DNA of 64,000 nt from Candidatus Bathyarchaeia archaeon (GCA_050010755.1 JBEKKK010000002.1:136577-200576); one strand, 5' to 3'; numbered from the stretch's first letter, positions 29,150-39,675 are shown. Numbers and translations: made by a program. The notes: a model not told the origin generated them from the letters alone.

Positions 29150-29938
29150 TTGGACGTAATTGTCTGTGTCAAGCATGTTCCGGAAACTGCTGAGGCAGAG
29201 TTGAAAATTGACTCCACCGGCAAAGCCATTGACAAGACAGGCTTGGTATTTGACATCAACGAATGGGACGATTATGCGTTGGAGGAAGCGGTGCGCATGA
29301 AGGAAAAGCAGGGAGGAACAGTCACTGCCATAACCATAGGCGCTGAGGACTCTGACACTACCCTTAGAAAATGTCTTGCCCGAGGAGCCGACAAAGCCAT
29401 AAGGCTTTCAGACCCGAAGTTCAACGATTCAGATGGCTACGCTATAGCAAAAATCTTGCACAGCGTAATCAAGACTCTTCATTTCGACTTAATCCTGACA
29501 GGAATGCAAGCAGGCGACGACGGTCAAGCCATCGTGGGCCCCATTCTTGCGGAAATGCTCAAGATCCCTCATGCGACGATGGTAAAAAAAATCGAGCTTG
29601 CTCCAGGAATGGCTAAAGTCAACAGAGAACTCGAAGGCGGATTGGAAGAGCAGCTTGAAGTGAAAATGCCCGCGTTGCTTTCGGTTCAGACTGGAATAAA
29701 CGAGCCAAGATACGTTTCAATAATGGGCATCAGAAAAGCCATGCAGAAAGAAATAAAACTCATGACCCTAGCAGACACCGGGCTAACTGAGAACGATGTC
29801 GGTGCAGCAGGCTCGTGGATCAGAATAGAAAAGATGTACGTTCCACCCGTGGAGAAACAGGCAGAATTCATCAAGGGAAGCCCCGACGAAATCGCGACAA
29901 GAGTGACTGAAATTCTCAAGTCAAGGGGGTTGATATAA
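29150..29938 (+). CDS. etfB: Electron transfer flavoprotein beta subunit
   Basis: VCVKHVP, INEWDDYALEEA, GADKAI, NEPRY. Confidence 0.93.
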   Translation: MDVIVCVKHVPETAEAELKIDSTGKAIDKTGLVFDINEWDDYALEEAVRMKEKQGGTVTAITIGAEDSDTTLRKCLARGADKAIRLSDPKFNDSDGYAIAKILHSVIKTLHFDLILTGMQAGDDGQAIVGPILAEMLKIPHATMVKKIELAPGMAKVNRELEGGLEEQLEVKMPALLSVQTGINEPRYVSIMGIRKAMQKEIKLMTLADTGLTENDVGAAGSWIRIEKMYVPPVEKQAEFIKGSPDEIATRVTEILKSRGLI

Positions 29939-29939
29939 G

Positions 29940-30935
29940 ATGACAGAAATCTTCGTTTTAGCTGAACACCGACAAGGGCAACTCAGAGACATAACCTATG
30001 AGATGCTCACGAAAGCGCGAGAACTATCAGAAAAGACTGGCTCAGAACTAACCGCCCTTCTCCTCGGCAAAGACGTGAAAGAACACGCAAAGATGCTGAC
30101 AGAATACGCGAAAACCGTTGTATTAGTTGAAGATGCCAGACTTGAAAACTTCAACTCTGAAGCTTACAAGAAAATCCTGTCAAACCTAATCACCCAACAC
30201 AAGCCTCTGCTGGTCATGATGGGCCACACCTCCTACGGCGTGGACCTTGCCCCGAGACTCGCAACAGCGCTGAACCTGCCGCTCGCAACAGACTGCATAG
30301 ATCTAGCGTTTGAAAACGGCGCGCTTACAATGACTCGGCAAATGTTCGGCGGCAAGGTAAACGTAAAAGCCGCCGCCAGAAGAGCTGAAACCTACATCAC
30401 AACAGTTCGTCAGGCGACGTTTGCGCCGCAAAAGCCTTCACTGCCTCCAAACGGGCAAATCGTCGAGACAGCTTCAACCCTGACGGAGGAAATAGCCGAA
30501 AAGCGTTTCATACAGTATGTCTTGCCTCCCTCCGGCGGGGTTGATATCACGGCCGCTGAAAAACTTGTGGGAATCGGTCGGGGAATAAAAGACGTCGCAA
30601 ACATGCCAGTAGCCGATGAACTCGCAAAAACATTAGGCGGAGTACTTGCCTGTTCACGCCCAATCGTGGACAAAGGATGGCTTCCCACGGATCGTCAAGT
30701 GGGCACTTCCGGAAAGACTGTGAAACCAAAACTGTATCTCGCCCTCGGAATCAGCGGTGCGTTCCAACACGTACTCGGAATGAAAAGCTCAGACCTGATA
30801 ATAGCCGTGAACAAAGACCCCAAAGCACCAATCTTCAGCTACGCCGACTTCGCTATAGTCGAAGACCTCTTCAAAATTGTTCCCTCACTTAAGAACAAAA
30901 TAAATGAGTCAAAAACGCAGAAAACATGTAAGTAA
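29940..30935 (+). CDS. etfA: Electron transfer flavoprotein alpha subunit
   Basis: GRGI, CSRPIVD, QVGTSGKTVKP, GISGAFQH, AVNKDPKAPIF. Confidence 0.93.
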   Translation: MTEIFVLAEHRQGQLRDITYEMLTKARELSEKTGSELTALLLGKDVKEHAKMLTEYAKTVVLVEDARLENFNSEAYKKILSNLITQHKPLLVMMGHTSYGVDLAPRLATALNLPLATDCIDLAFENGALTMTRQMFGGKVNVKAAARRAETYITTVRQATFAPQKPSLPPNGQIVETASTLTEEIAEKRFIQYVLPPSGGVDITAAEKLVGIGRGIKDVANMPVADELAKTLGGVLACSRPIVDKGWLPTDRQVGTSGKTVKPKLYLALGISGAFQHVLGMKSSDLIIAVNKDPKAPIFSYADFAIVEDLFKIVPSLKNKINESKTQKTCK

Positions 30936-30952
30936 TTAGGAGAGAAGAACAG

Positions 30953-32104
30953 ATGGACTTCAAACTGAACGATGAACAACAGGAGATAAAACGTGCAGTT
31001 CGCGAATTCTGCACCAAAGAATTCACTCCAGAACTTGCTTTGGAGCTTGACCAAAAAGAAGAGTTCCCGATGACCCTCTACAAAAAGGCCGCACAGCTCG
31101 GGTTCACCAGCATGAGAATACCGCAGGAATACGAAGGACAAGGGTACGGCGTGTTCGAAGACTGTTTGGCAGTCGAAGAAATGTGCAGAGCAGACCCAGG
31201 CCTTGGAGTCGCAGTCTCGCTTGGGAACCTCATGGTGCCAGATGTCCTCCTGAAACATGGAAATGAAGAACAAAAAAAGAAATACATTCCACCCCTTGCG
31301 AGGGGCGACAAAATAGCCGCAGCAGCATTCACCGAACCCGAGCACGGCAGCGACATAACACGCATGGACTCAACCGCGGTAAAAAGCGGAAACGAATGGA
31401 CCATCAACGGAGCAAAAGAATTCATCACAAACGCCACCACCGCTGACACGCTCATCCTACTCTGCCAATCAGACCCAAACGCTCAACCTTCACACCGAGG
31501 ACAAAGCATCTTCCTCGCAGAGAAAGGCATGTGCGGGCTCGAAGCAACCAAACTGCACGGGAAGATGGGCATAAAACCATGCGTAACAGGCTCGCTTTCA
31601 ATGGCCGACCTCAAGGTGCCCGAAACCAATCTAGTGGGCGAACAGGGAAAAGGCTTCTACTACACGCTCGAACTCTTCGACGGAACCAGAATAACCGTCG
31701 CGGCTCAAGCAGTCGGCACTGCCCAAGGAGCCTTTGAACGAGCACTAGCTTACGCGAAGACTCGGAAACAATTCGGGCAACCTATAATCAGCTTCGAGGG
31801 CATCAGCTTCAAACTCGCAGAGATGATGATAAAGATCGAGTCTGCAAGGCTAATGACGTACAAGGCGGCATGGCTCTACGATAAAGAAAAACCGAACGCC
31901 GTGGCCACCTCGATGGCCAAGGCCTACGCAGGCCGCGTCGCAATGGAAGTGACGGACGATGCCATACAAATCTTCGGAGGCTATGGTTACCTCGCTGATT
32001 ACCACGTCGAACGATTCCACAGATGCGCAAAAATAACGGAAATCTATGAAGGCACGAGCGAGATGCAAAAATATACAATAGCCAACTACTTGGCCAAACA
32101 ATAG
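30953..32104 (+). CDS. Acyl-CoA dehydrogenase
   Basis: FTEPEHGSD, NGAKEFITNA, RKQFG, QIFGGYGY, EIYEGTSE. Confidence 0.93.
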   Translation: MDFKLNDEQQEIKRAVREFCTKEFTPELALELDQKEEFPMTLYKKAAQLGFTSMRIPQEYEGQGYGVFEDCLAVEEMCRADPGLGVAVSLGNLMVPDVLLKHGNEEQKKKYIPPLARGDKIAAAAFTEPEHGSDITRMDSTAVKSGNEWTINGAKEFITNATTADTLILLCQSDPNAQPSHRGQSIFLAEKGMCGLEATKLHGKMGIKPCVTGSLSMADLKVPETNLVGEQGKGFYYTLELFDGTRITVAAQAVGTAQGAFERALAYAKTRKQFGQPIISFEGISFKLAEMMIKIESARLMTYKAAWLYDKEKPNAVATSMAKAYAGRVAMEVTDDAIQIFGGYGYLADYHVERFHRCAKITEIYEGTSEMQKYTIANYLAKQ

Positions 32105-32205
32105 CCAGTCCCTTTCTTTCTTTTTCGATTCGCGATCTAGCACAAATTCACAAGTTTTATTACCATTCTCCGTGCACTCTGGAATGTCCAACCGGGGAAA
32201 CGATA

Positions 32206-33396
32206 ATGACAGTTGAAATTATAAAAAGGGCAGCGGTCATCGGTTCTGGTTCAATGGGCCATGGGATAACTCAACTGTTGGCGATGAACGGGTGCGAAGT
32301 CACCATGGTGGATATCAATGATGAAATACTGCAGAAAGCCAAGGAAAAAATAAAGTGGAGCCTCGGCAAATTCGCTGAGAAGAGACGCATAAGACAAGAA
32401 GACGCCGACGCGGCACTGGCCCGAATTGCCACCGCTACCAGTTACGAACAAGCAGGCAAGGACATTGATTTTGCAATAGAGGCTTCTCCCGAAAACATGG
32501 AGTTGAAGAAAACCGTGCTCGCCAAGCTTGACCAAGTCGCCCCTCCTCATGCTATACTGGCGTCTAATACCTCAACGCTTAGCATCACGGAAATGGGAAA
32601 AGCAACGAAACGTCCAGACAAAGTGGCAGGGATGCACTTCTTCAACCCGCCTCAAATGATGGCGTTGGTCGAAGTCATTAAGGGAGATGGCACAAGCCCA
32701 GAAACCCTGACAACCTTGGCGGAGCTTGCTAAGAGACTTGGAAAAACACCCATAATCGTGAGAAAGGACGTGCGAGGCTTCGTCGTCAACCGTGTGCTCG
32801 GAGCTGTTTTCAACGAGGCCTTCTGGGCTTACCAACGGAAGGAAGCAACCATGGAGGGAATTGACGCTTCAGTAAAGTATACGGGCGGTTTCCCGATGGG
32901 ATGGTTCGAACTCGCCGACTTTGTCGGACTCGACATAGCCTATGAGGTTGGGAAAATACTCTACGGAGCCTACGGAGAAAGGTTCAAACCGTGCTCAGAA
33001 GTAATCGACCCCTTGATAAAAGATCACAAGTTCGGACAGAAAACAGGCGTGGGCTTCTACGACTGGACAAAGGGTCGGCCGAGAATACCCTTTAACATGC
33101 TGGACGAGTATGACGTCGACAGGTCATGGGCAGTCGCTGCGAACGAGGCTGCCTGGCTAATTTATGATGACGCCGCAAACCCCGAGGACATCGACACCGG
33201 GATGAAACTTGGAACGTACTGGCCCTCGGGTCCATGCGAACACGCAGACAGAGCAGGGCTAGACACGATCGTCGGCAAGCTTAAAGAGCTGTACGCAAAG
33301 TACAATATGGAAATGTACAAACCTTGCCCCATAATCGAAGAATATGTGAGCAAGGGTTGGACTGGAAAAAAAGTTGGAAGGGGATTCTACAAATGA
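32206..33396 (+). CDS. 3-hydroxyacyl-CoA dehydrogenase (duplicated C-terminal domain)
   Basis: GSGSMGHGI, ASNTSTL, GMHFFNP, GFVVNR, two GFY-ending C-domains. Confidence 0.92.
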   Translation: MTVEIIKRAAVIGSGSMGHGITQLLAMNGCEVTMVDINDEILQKAKEKIKWSLGKFAEKRRIRQEDADAALARIATATSYEQAGKDIDFAIEASPENMELKKTVLAKLDQVAPPHAILASNTSTLSITEMGKATKRPDKVAGMHFFNPPQMMALVEVIKGDGTSPETLTTLAELAKRLGKTPIIVRKDVRGFVVNRVLGAVFNEAFWAYQRKEATMEGIDASVKYTGGFPMGWFELADFVGLDIAYEVGKILYGAYGERFKPCSEVIDPLIKDHKFGQKTGVGFYDWTKGRPRIPFNMLDEYDVDRSWAVAANEAAWLIYDDAANPEDIDTGMKLGTYWPSGPCEHADRAGLDTIVGKLKELYAKYNMEMYKPCPIIEEYVSKGWTGKKVGRGFYK

Positions 33397-34547
33397 AATT
33401 CGAGTTGACTGAAGAACAGCTTCACATCAAGAATGCCGTCAGAGAGTTCTGCCAAAAAGAGTTCAAGCTTGAAATGGCGCTGGAGCTTGACAAAAAAGAG
33501 GAATATCCGCTGGACCTGTACAAGGCCGCTGCGAAGCTGGGTTTCACAAGCATGGCTTTTCCAGAAGATTACGGTGGTCAAGGATGTGGTCTGCTAGAGA
33601 CTTGCATCGTAGTGGAAGAAATGTGCAGGGGCGACTCCTCCTTAGGTGTGGCGATTTCGAGCGGTAACTTCGGAAGCGAATTCATACTCGAACACGGATC
33701 AAAAGAGCAGAAAGAAAAATACCTGCCCCCCATATGCAAGGGCGACTATCTTTCAGCCGCAGCTTTCACTGAGCCAAACGTGAGCGGAAGCGAAATAACC
33801 AAAATGGAAACCGCGGCAACAAAATACGGAAACGAATGGTGGATAAGCGGCCAGAAGACCTTCATAACAAACGCCACTATGGCGGATTTCATCGTTGTCC
33901 TCGCACAAACCGACGCTAAAATCAGGCCAACTCACCGTGGAGAAACACTTTTCGTGGTAGAAAAAGGAACCGCGGGCTTCGAAGCCACGAAGCTCCACAA
34001 CAAAATGGGAATAAGAGCCTCCACGACGGGCGAACTCAACTTCGACAACGTCAAAGTCACAGACTGGAACATAGTCGGCGAACTGAACAAAGGCTTCTAC
34101 TACTCCATGGCATTCTTCGACAAGACAAGAGTAGGCGTTGCAGCACAAGCCACAGGAATGGCGCAGGGAGCATGGGAAATAGCCTTCAAGTACGCAAAAC
34201 AGAGAGAAGCCTTCGGAGCTCCGATACTGCAGCACGAAGCAATCGGCGTAACACTCGCTGAGATGGCTACGAAAATCGAAGCCGCAAGACTGCTAACGTA
34301 CAAAGCGGCTTCATTAGTTGACGAAGGAAAAATGGATCCAATGGCGACGGCGATGGCGAAGTACTACGCTTCTCACGTTGCAATGGAAGCCACGAACGCG
34401 GCAATCCAGACTATGGGAGGCTACGGATACTTCGGCGAGTACCGAGTTGAAAAATATCATCGTGACGCAAAAATAACTGAAATCTACGAAGGAACTTCCG
34501 AAATCCAGAAGCTACAGGTGCTCAAGTACCTCCTCAGCAAATACTAG
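33393..34547 (+). CDS. Acyl-CoA dehydrogenase (second paralog)
   Basis: FTEPNVSGS, KTFITNA, KMGIRAS, GGYGY, EIYEGTSE; ATGA overlap with upstream gene. Confidence 0.93.
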   Translation: MKFELTEEQLHIKNAVREFCQKEFKLEMALELDKKEEYPLDLYKAAAKLGFTSMAFPEDYGGQGCGLLETCIVVEEMCRGDSSLGVAISSGNFGSEFILEHGSKEQKEKYLPPICKGDYLSAAAFTEPNVSGSEITKMETAATKYGNEWWISGQKTFITNATMADFIVVLAQTDAKIRPTHRGETLFVVEKGTAGFEATKLHNKMGIRASTTGELNFDNVKVTDWNIVGELNKGFYYSMAFFDKTRVGVAAQATGMAQGAWEIAFKYAKQREAFGAPILQHEAIGVTLAEMATKIEAARLLTYKAASLVDEGKMDPMATAMAKYYASHVAMEATNAAIQTMGGYGYFGEYRVEKYHRDAKITEIYEGTSEIQKLQVLKYLLSKY

Positions 34548-34604
34548 CAAACCATCTAAAAAAGTAATATATTCACAGTCAAGATACACTGTAGTAGGTG
34601 ACAC

Positions 34605-35396
34605 TTGTTGAGCAAATCGTATGAAACCATTAAAGTGGAAAGAGAACAGAACACTTTGTGGATAATACTGAACAGACAACACCGTTTGAACGCATTCAAC
34701 GACGTTATGCTCGAGGAGCTCAGCGACATACTCGAAACCGCTGAGAAAGACTCCACTGTCAAGTGCGTCGTAATCACTGGTGACGGAGACAGAGCCTTCA
34801 GCGCAGGTGCAGACGTAACCATGTTTCCGAAGGCAACCCCTGTGAAAGCCGAAGAATTCTCAAGAGCAGGCCAGAAAACTTTCGGCAAGATAGAAGAAAT
34901 GAGCAAACCGGTAATCGCGGCGATCAATGGCTTCGCGCTCGGCGGCGGCTTGGAGCTAGCCTTGGCGTGCGACTTCAGAGTGGCTGCAGAACACGCAGAG
35001 CTTGGAAGCCCCGAAATTGCCTTGGGGCTAATCCCTGGATGGGGCGGGACCCAAAGACTCGTCAGAACCATAGGATTGCCAAGAGCCAAGGATCTTGTGA
35101 TGCTCGGAACCAGAGTGAAAGCTGATGAGGCTCTGAGAATAGGATTGGTGCATAAGGTCGTGCATTACGAGAAGCTTCGAGAAGAGGTCGGGGAGATGGC
35201 GAAGAAACTTTCAGAAGGTCCGCCGATTGCTATGAAATACGCTAAAAGCGCCCTAAACTACGGAACACAAGTGCCTCTGGAAGCAGGATTGAGATTGGAA
35301 GCAGGGTTAATGGGCTTGGCATTTTCCACTGAGGATCTGAAGGAGGGCGTCGAGGCCATGATGTCCAAGAGGAAAGCCGAGTTCAAAGGCAAATGA
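34605..35396 (+). CDS. Enoyl-CoA hydratase/isomerase
   Basis: AFSAGAD, AINGFALGGGLELALACD, PEIALGLIPGWGGTQRL. Confidence 0.93.
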   Translation: MLSKSYETIKVEREQNTLWIILNRQHRLNAFNDVMLEELSDILETAEKDSTVKCVVITGDGDRAFSAGADVTMFPKATPVKAEEFSRAGQKTFGKIEEMSKPVIAAINGFALGGGLELALACDFRVAAEHAELGSPEIALGLIPGWGGTQRLVRTIGLPRAKDLVMLGTRVKADEALRIGLVHKVVHYEKLREEVGEMAKKLSEGPPIAMKYAKSALNYGTQVPLEAGLRLEAGLMGLAFSTEDLKEGVEAMMSKRKAEFKGK

Positions 35397-35456
35397 TCTC
35401 TCCCCCGCTTTTCACATTTATTTCAAAGTAAACCAAAATTGAAGGATGTGGTTAGG

Positions 35457-36629
35457 TTGAGAAAGGTAGCGGTTATAGGCGCAGGTTGCTCGAAGTTCGG
35501 CGCCAGAAACGATGTAACCATTTCAGAACTCGCTTTTGAAGCAGTCAAGCCCTCTCTCGAGGACGCTGGTCTGGCCGCGGAAGACATGGAATTCGTTGCT
35601 CTCGGCTCAGTAGGGGCTGGAGCATGGTACGAAGAGCTTCTTCCAGCAGTCGTGATTTCAGAGTATTGCGGCATGACAAAGGCGGGGCTAGTTCGCTGCG
35701 AAGCTGCGTGTGCAAGCGGAAGCGCGGCTTTCTTCACTGCCTATTCGGCTATTGCGAGCGGCCAGGCTGAGATTGCAATGGCGTTGGGCGCTGAAAAGAT
35801 GAGGGAAATAGATTCTGCTACGGCCATGGAGTGGATCGGAAGAGCGGGGTATTACCTATGGGAATTCCACAACTTCGGCGTCACGTTCCCTGCGTACTAT
35901 GCACTTTACGCGAGCGCACACATGGCCAAGTACGGGACCACTGAGGAAGACTTGGCCCTAGTTGCCGTTAAGAACCACAAGTACGGTTCAATGAACCCCA
36001 TCGCGCATCTGCGAAACCGAGTTACCGTTGAAGACGTGTTGTCCTCGATGGTCATCGCCTACCCTCTCAAACTGTTCGACTGCTGCCCCCTAACCGATGG
36101 AGCTTCCTCCCTGATTCTTGCTTCTGAGGAAAAAGTCAAGGAACTGAAGATTGACACGCCCATCTGGGTGGCTGGAATAGGCTATTCATCAGGGACAGCA
36201 AACCTGAGCAAGAGATCAGACTTCGTCGGGTTGGAGGCCAGTGTACTGGCTTCTCAGAGAGCCTACGCGGCCGCTGGCATCACGCCGGATAAGGTTGAGG
36301 CCGCGGAAGTGCATGACTGCTTCACCATCGCGGAGATAATGGCCTACGAAGACATTGGGTTGTGCAAAAAGGGGGAGGGCGTCAAACTCTTGAGGGGAGG
36401 ACAGACTGAGATAGGCGGAAAGATACCAGTAAACGTGGACGGTGGACTGAAGGCGAAGGGGCATCCAATAGGTACGACGGGTTGTGCAATGATTTACGAG
36501 CTGACTAAGCAGCTAAGAGAAGAAGCAGTTGAAAAGACAAGACAGGTACCGTTCAAAAACTACATAGCCCTTGCCCACAACGTCGGCGGAACTGGTCACT
36601 ACTGCTACGTCACGATACTTAAGAGGTGA
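35457..36629 (+). CDS. Thiolase (archaeal/SCP-x type acetyl-CoA acyltransferase)
   Basis: EAACASG, VKNH, EVHDCF, KGHPIG, HNVGG; start codon approximate. Confidence 0.9.
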   Translation: MRKVAVIGAGCSKFGARNDVTISELAFEAVKPSLEDAGLAAEDMEFVALGSVGAGAWYEELLPAVVISEYCGMTKAGLVRCEAACASGSAAFFTAYSAIASGQAEIAMALGAEKMREIDSATAMEWIGRAGYYLWEFHNFGVTFPAYYALYASAHMAKYGTTEEDLALVAVKNHKYGSMNPIAHLRNRVTVEDVLSSMVIAYPLKLFDCCPLTDGASSLILASEEKVKELKIDTPIWVAGIGYSSGTANLSKRSDFVGLEASVLASQRAYAAAGITPDKVEAAEVHDCFTIAEIMAYEDIGLCKKGEGVKLLRGGQTEIGGKIPVNVDGGLKAKGHPIGTTGCAMIYELTKQLREEAVEKTRQVPFKNYIALAHNVGGTGHYCYVTILKR

Positions 36630-36640
36630 GTCATGTGTCG

Positions 36641-37066
36641 ATGCCATCAATCAAATCCAGAAAAATAGACATCGTTCAAGAGATCCCGATAAGCAAGAGT
36701 CTGAAGTTCTGGCAGGGCCTCAAAGAAGGAAAAATCTACGCCACCAAGTGCAAAGCTTGTGGAAAAATATTCTTCCCTCCCAACGCCGATTGCCCCGAGT
36801 GCTTGACCACAGATTTGGATTGGGTCGAGCTCAGCAACGAAGCAGAAATCGAAACCTTCACGCACGTCGTGATAAGGCCCACCACTTTCCAACAAAACAA
36901 GCCATACACCGTAGCAATCGGAAAGCTGAAAGAGGGCGTAAAAGTCCTTGCATGGCTGTCAGGATTCAAACTTTCAGAAATCAAAGTTGGAATGAAAGTG
37001 AAACTGGTCGCCAAAACCTCGACGGAAGGAAACCCAACATACGAGTTCGTGCCGCTTCAGCAGTAA
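36641..37066 (+). CDS. DUF35 Zn-ribbon/OB-fold thiolase partner
   Basis: KCKACGKIFFPPNADCPEC followed by OB fold; directly after thiolase. Confidence 0.9.
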   Translation: MPSIKSRKIDIVQEIPISKSLKFWQGLKEGKIYATKCKACGKIFFPPNADCPECLTTDLDWVELSNEAEIETFTHVVIRPTTFQQNKPYTVAIGKLKEGVKVLAWLSGFKLSEIKVGMKVKLVAKTSTEGNPTYEFVPLQQ

Positions 37067-37085
37067 AAGCCTCTGCTCGGAAGAC

Positions 37086-37889
37086 TTACTTCCAATTTTC
37101 TATCCACTCCATCGTTTTCGAAATCAACTCGTCCTCCTTCTCCTCATATGTGGGGTCTGCAGATTTTATCACTAGAAGTGTTTTCGGATCGTGAGCCGAA
37201 GAGAAGACCTCCCGTGCCTCATCTTCACCGTGAATCACGTCCGAGTCTCCAATCACAATTAGTACCGGAACGTTCTTCAGTTTTGAAACTTCTTCACACT
37301 CATTCAGTTTCATGAGTTTTTCTCTTACATATCTCAGCCGCAAGTTTATCCCGAAAACTTCAAGTCTGAACAACCTCGAAACGTTCAAGAACCGATCTAT
37401 TCTGGAAAGTACCAGGAACGTGTAGAGACCTGACTTCCCTCTTGTGCGGGTAATGAACTTCTTAACGTTATAGTCGTGGTCCTTGGGAGGAGACCAGAGG
37501 GCAAGCCCCTTTATCCGCTTCTCGTTCTGGGCTGCATAGAGTGACACAGCCGCGCCCAAGCTGTGCCCGACAATGAAAATGCTATCAGGCTTGACCTCAG
37601 ATCTGGAGGCTAAGTAGTTCAGGGCGCACTTCACGTCTTGTTGTTCACCGAAGCCGTAGTCAAATTCGCCGCTGCTTTTCCCGACTCCGCGAAAATCGAA
37701 TACAAACGAAACAAACCCGCTCAGGCAGGCTCTTTCAGCCAACATAGAGTAGATTTTCAATCCATGATAGCCGCGAACATCCATAAAGTGACAAATCAGG
37801 ATTCCAGGCGCAGGATAGTGATCTGGAACTCGCAACTCGCCGTAAAGCTTCGCATTTCCGCATTGTATCCACGCTTCTTCGGTTTTCAC
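37086..37889 (-). CDS. Alpha/beta-fold hydrolase (catalytic His apparently replaced)
   Basis: FDFRGVGKSSG, GHSLG nucleophile elbow, GDSD, but SADPTY where ADH(T) is expected; start placed at GTG 37889. Confidence 0.75.
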   Translation of the reverse strand: MKTEEAWIQCGNAKLYGELRVPDHYPAPGILICHFMDVRGYHGLKIYSMLAERACLSGFVSFVFDFRGVGKSSGEFDYGFGEQQDVKCALNYLASRSEVKPDSIFIVGHSLGAAVSLYAAQNEKRIKGLALWSPPKDHDYNVKKFITRTRGKSGLYTFLVLSRIDRFLNVSRLFRLEVFGINLRLRYVREKLMKLNECEEVSKLKNVPVLIVIGDSDVIHGEDEAREVFSSAHDPKTLLVIKSADPTYEEKEDELISKTMEWIENWK

Positions 37890-37956
37890 TGACGATCCAT
37901 CCGAGGAAAATATTATTACTTTCAACCGCCCCATATATTTAAGAATAGGGCTGTTT

Positions 37957-39675
37957 ATGTCTGCCAAGAAAAAGAGCAAGAAAGAACCAAGCCCTATCGA
38001 AAAACCTTGGTTCAAGTTTTGGCCTGAAGATGTTCCTAAACACATCGAGTACCCTAATGTTCCACTTTCTGAAATTTTGAGAAAAACCGCGGATAAAAAT
38101 CCCAACCAAACCGCAATAATCTATTTTAACAGAGGAATAACCTACGGAGAGCTGGATGAAGCCTGTGATCGTTTTGCAGCTGCGCTCGCTGCTCTCGAAG
38201 TGAAGAAAGGCGATAAAGTCGCAATCTTCCTACCGAACATCCCGCAATTCATAATCTCATATTACGGCACACTGAGGATCGGAGCCATCGAGACCGCTAT
38301 AAGCCCGTTGTACAAGGAACGCGAGGTAGAGCATCAGCTCAATGATTCAGAAGCTGAAACCATCGTCGTCTTGGATGCGCTTTATCCAATATTGGAGAAA
38401 GTTGTTGCAAAAACCAAGGTTAAGAGAGTCATCTTTACAGGCCTGAAAGATTTCATGCCGACCGGCATCGCACTGGTGGGTTCACTGCTCAGAAAGATTC
38501 CGTCCTATAAGGTTGAGCAAAAACCTGGAACATACTCCTTCAAAGAACTGCTGAAAAAACATGGCGAGAAGCCTCCGAAAGTTGACATTGTCCCCCCGGA
38601 GGATCTAGCCGCCCTGCAGTATACGGGAGGTACGACTGGAATTTCAAAAGGAGCTATGCTAACGCACATGAACCTGGTTTCAAACGCCGTCATGTGTGCC
38701 GAATGGCTGAAAGGAAGGAATGCTGAAGAAAAGTTTCTAACGGTTCTGCCCCTGTTCCACATATACGGAATGACGACGGGGATGAATGCTCCAATATACC
38801 TCGCCGGAAAAATGGTCTTGCTTCCGCGCTTCGATGCGGCTGTCACCCTTGAAGCCATCGAAAAAAACAAGGTTACAGTGTTCTGTGGCGCTCCAACAAT
38901 GTACGCGATGCTTCTTGCCCATCCAAAGCTCAACAACTTCGATCTGTCATCTGTTCGCTTCTGCATTTCCGGTTCAGCCCCGCTGCCCCCTGAAATTCAG
39001 AAAAAATGGATGGAAGTGACAAAGGGAGTTCTCGTCGAAGGTTACGGGCTGACGGAGTCTTCTCCCGTCACTCACTGTAACCCTCTTGACCCAACCATGA
39101 AAACAGTTAAAGTAGGATCCATCGGCCTGCCTTGGCCAGACACGGATGCGAAAATCATGGATGCCGAGACCGGGGAAACGGAGCTGGGTGTCAACCAAGA
39201 CGGAGAGCTTGCCGTCAAAGGACCTCAAGTTATGAAGGGCTACTGGAAGATACCTGAAGAATCTGGAGCTGTTCTCAGAAACGGCTGGCTCTACACAGGC
39301 GACATCGGCAAAATGGATGAAGACGGATACTTCTACATCACAGACAGGAAGAAGGATCTCATCAAATACAAGGGCTACAGCGTCTATCCGAGGGAAATTG
39401 AAGACGTCATTTATGAACATCCGGCCGTCAAACTCTGTGCAGTCATCGGTAAACCGGATGCGATCGCAGGTGAGATTCCGAAAGCCTTCATCGTCCTTAA
39501 AGAAAGAAAAACTGCAACCGCAGACGATATCAAAGAATTTGCGAACAGTAAGATGGCACCCTACAAGGCAGTGAGAGAAGTCGAATTCAGAACTGAGCTG
39601 CCAATGACTCTGGTCGGCAAGGTTCTGAGAAGAGTGCTTCTGGAAGAGGAGAAGGAGAAGACAGCCAAAGCCTGA
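37957..39675 (+). CDS. fadD: Long-chain-fatty-acid--CoA ligase
   Basis: QYTGGTTGISKG, EGYGLTE, GPQVMKGYW, TGDIG, DRKKDLI, VGKVLRR. Confidence 0.9.
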   Translation: MSAKKKSKKEPSPIEKPWFKFWPEDVPKHIEYPNVPLSEILRKTADKNPNQTAIIYFNRGITYGELDEACDRFAAALAALEVKKGDKVAIFLPNIPQFIISYYGTLRIGAIETAISPLYKEREVEHQLNDSEAETIVVLDALYPILEKVVAKTKVKRVIFTGLKDFMPTGIALVGSLLRKIPSYKVEQKPGTYSFKELLKKHGEKPPKVDIVPPEDLAALQYTGGTTGISKGAMLTHMNLVSNAVMCAEWLKGRNAEEKFLTVLPLFHIYGMTTGMNAPIYLAGKMVLLPRFDAAVTLEAIEKNKVTVFCGAPTMYAMLLAHPKLNNFDLSSVRFCISGSAPLPPEIQKKWMEVTKGVLVEGYGLTESSPVTHCNPLDPTMKTVKVGSIGLPWPDTDAKIMDAETGETELGVNQDGELAVKGPQVMKGYWKIPEESGAVLRNGWLYTGDIGKMDEDGYFYITDRKKDLIKYKGYSVYPREIEDVIYEHPAVKLCAVIGKPDAIAGEIPKAFIVLKERKTATADDIKEFANSKMAPYKAVREVEFRTELPMTLVGKVLRRVLLEEEKEKTAKA

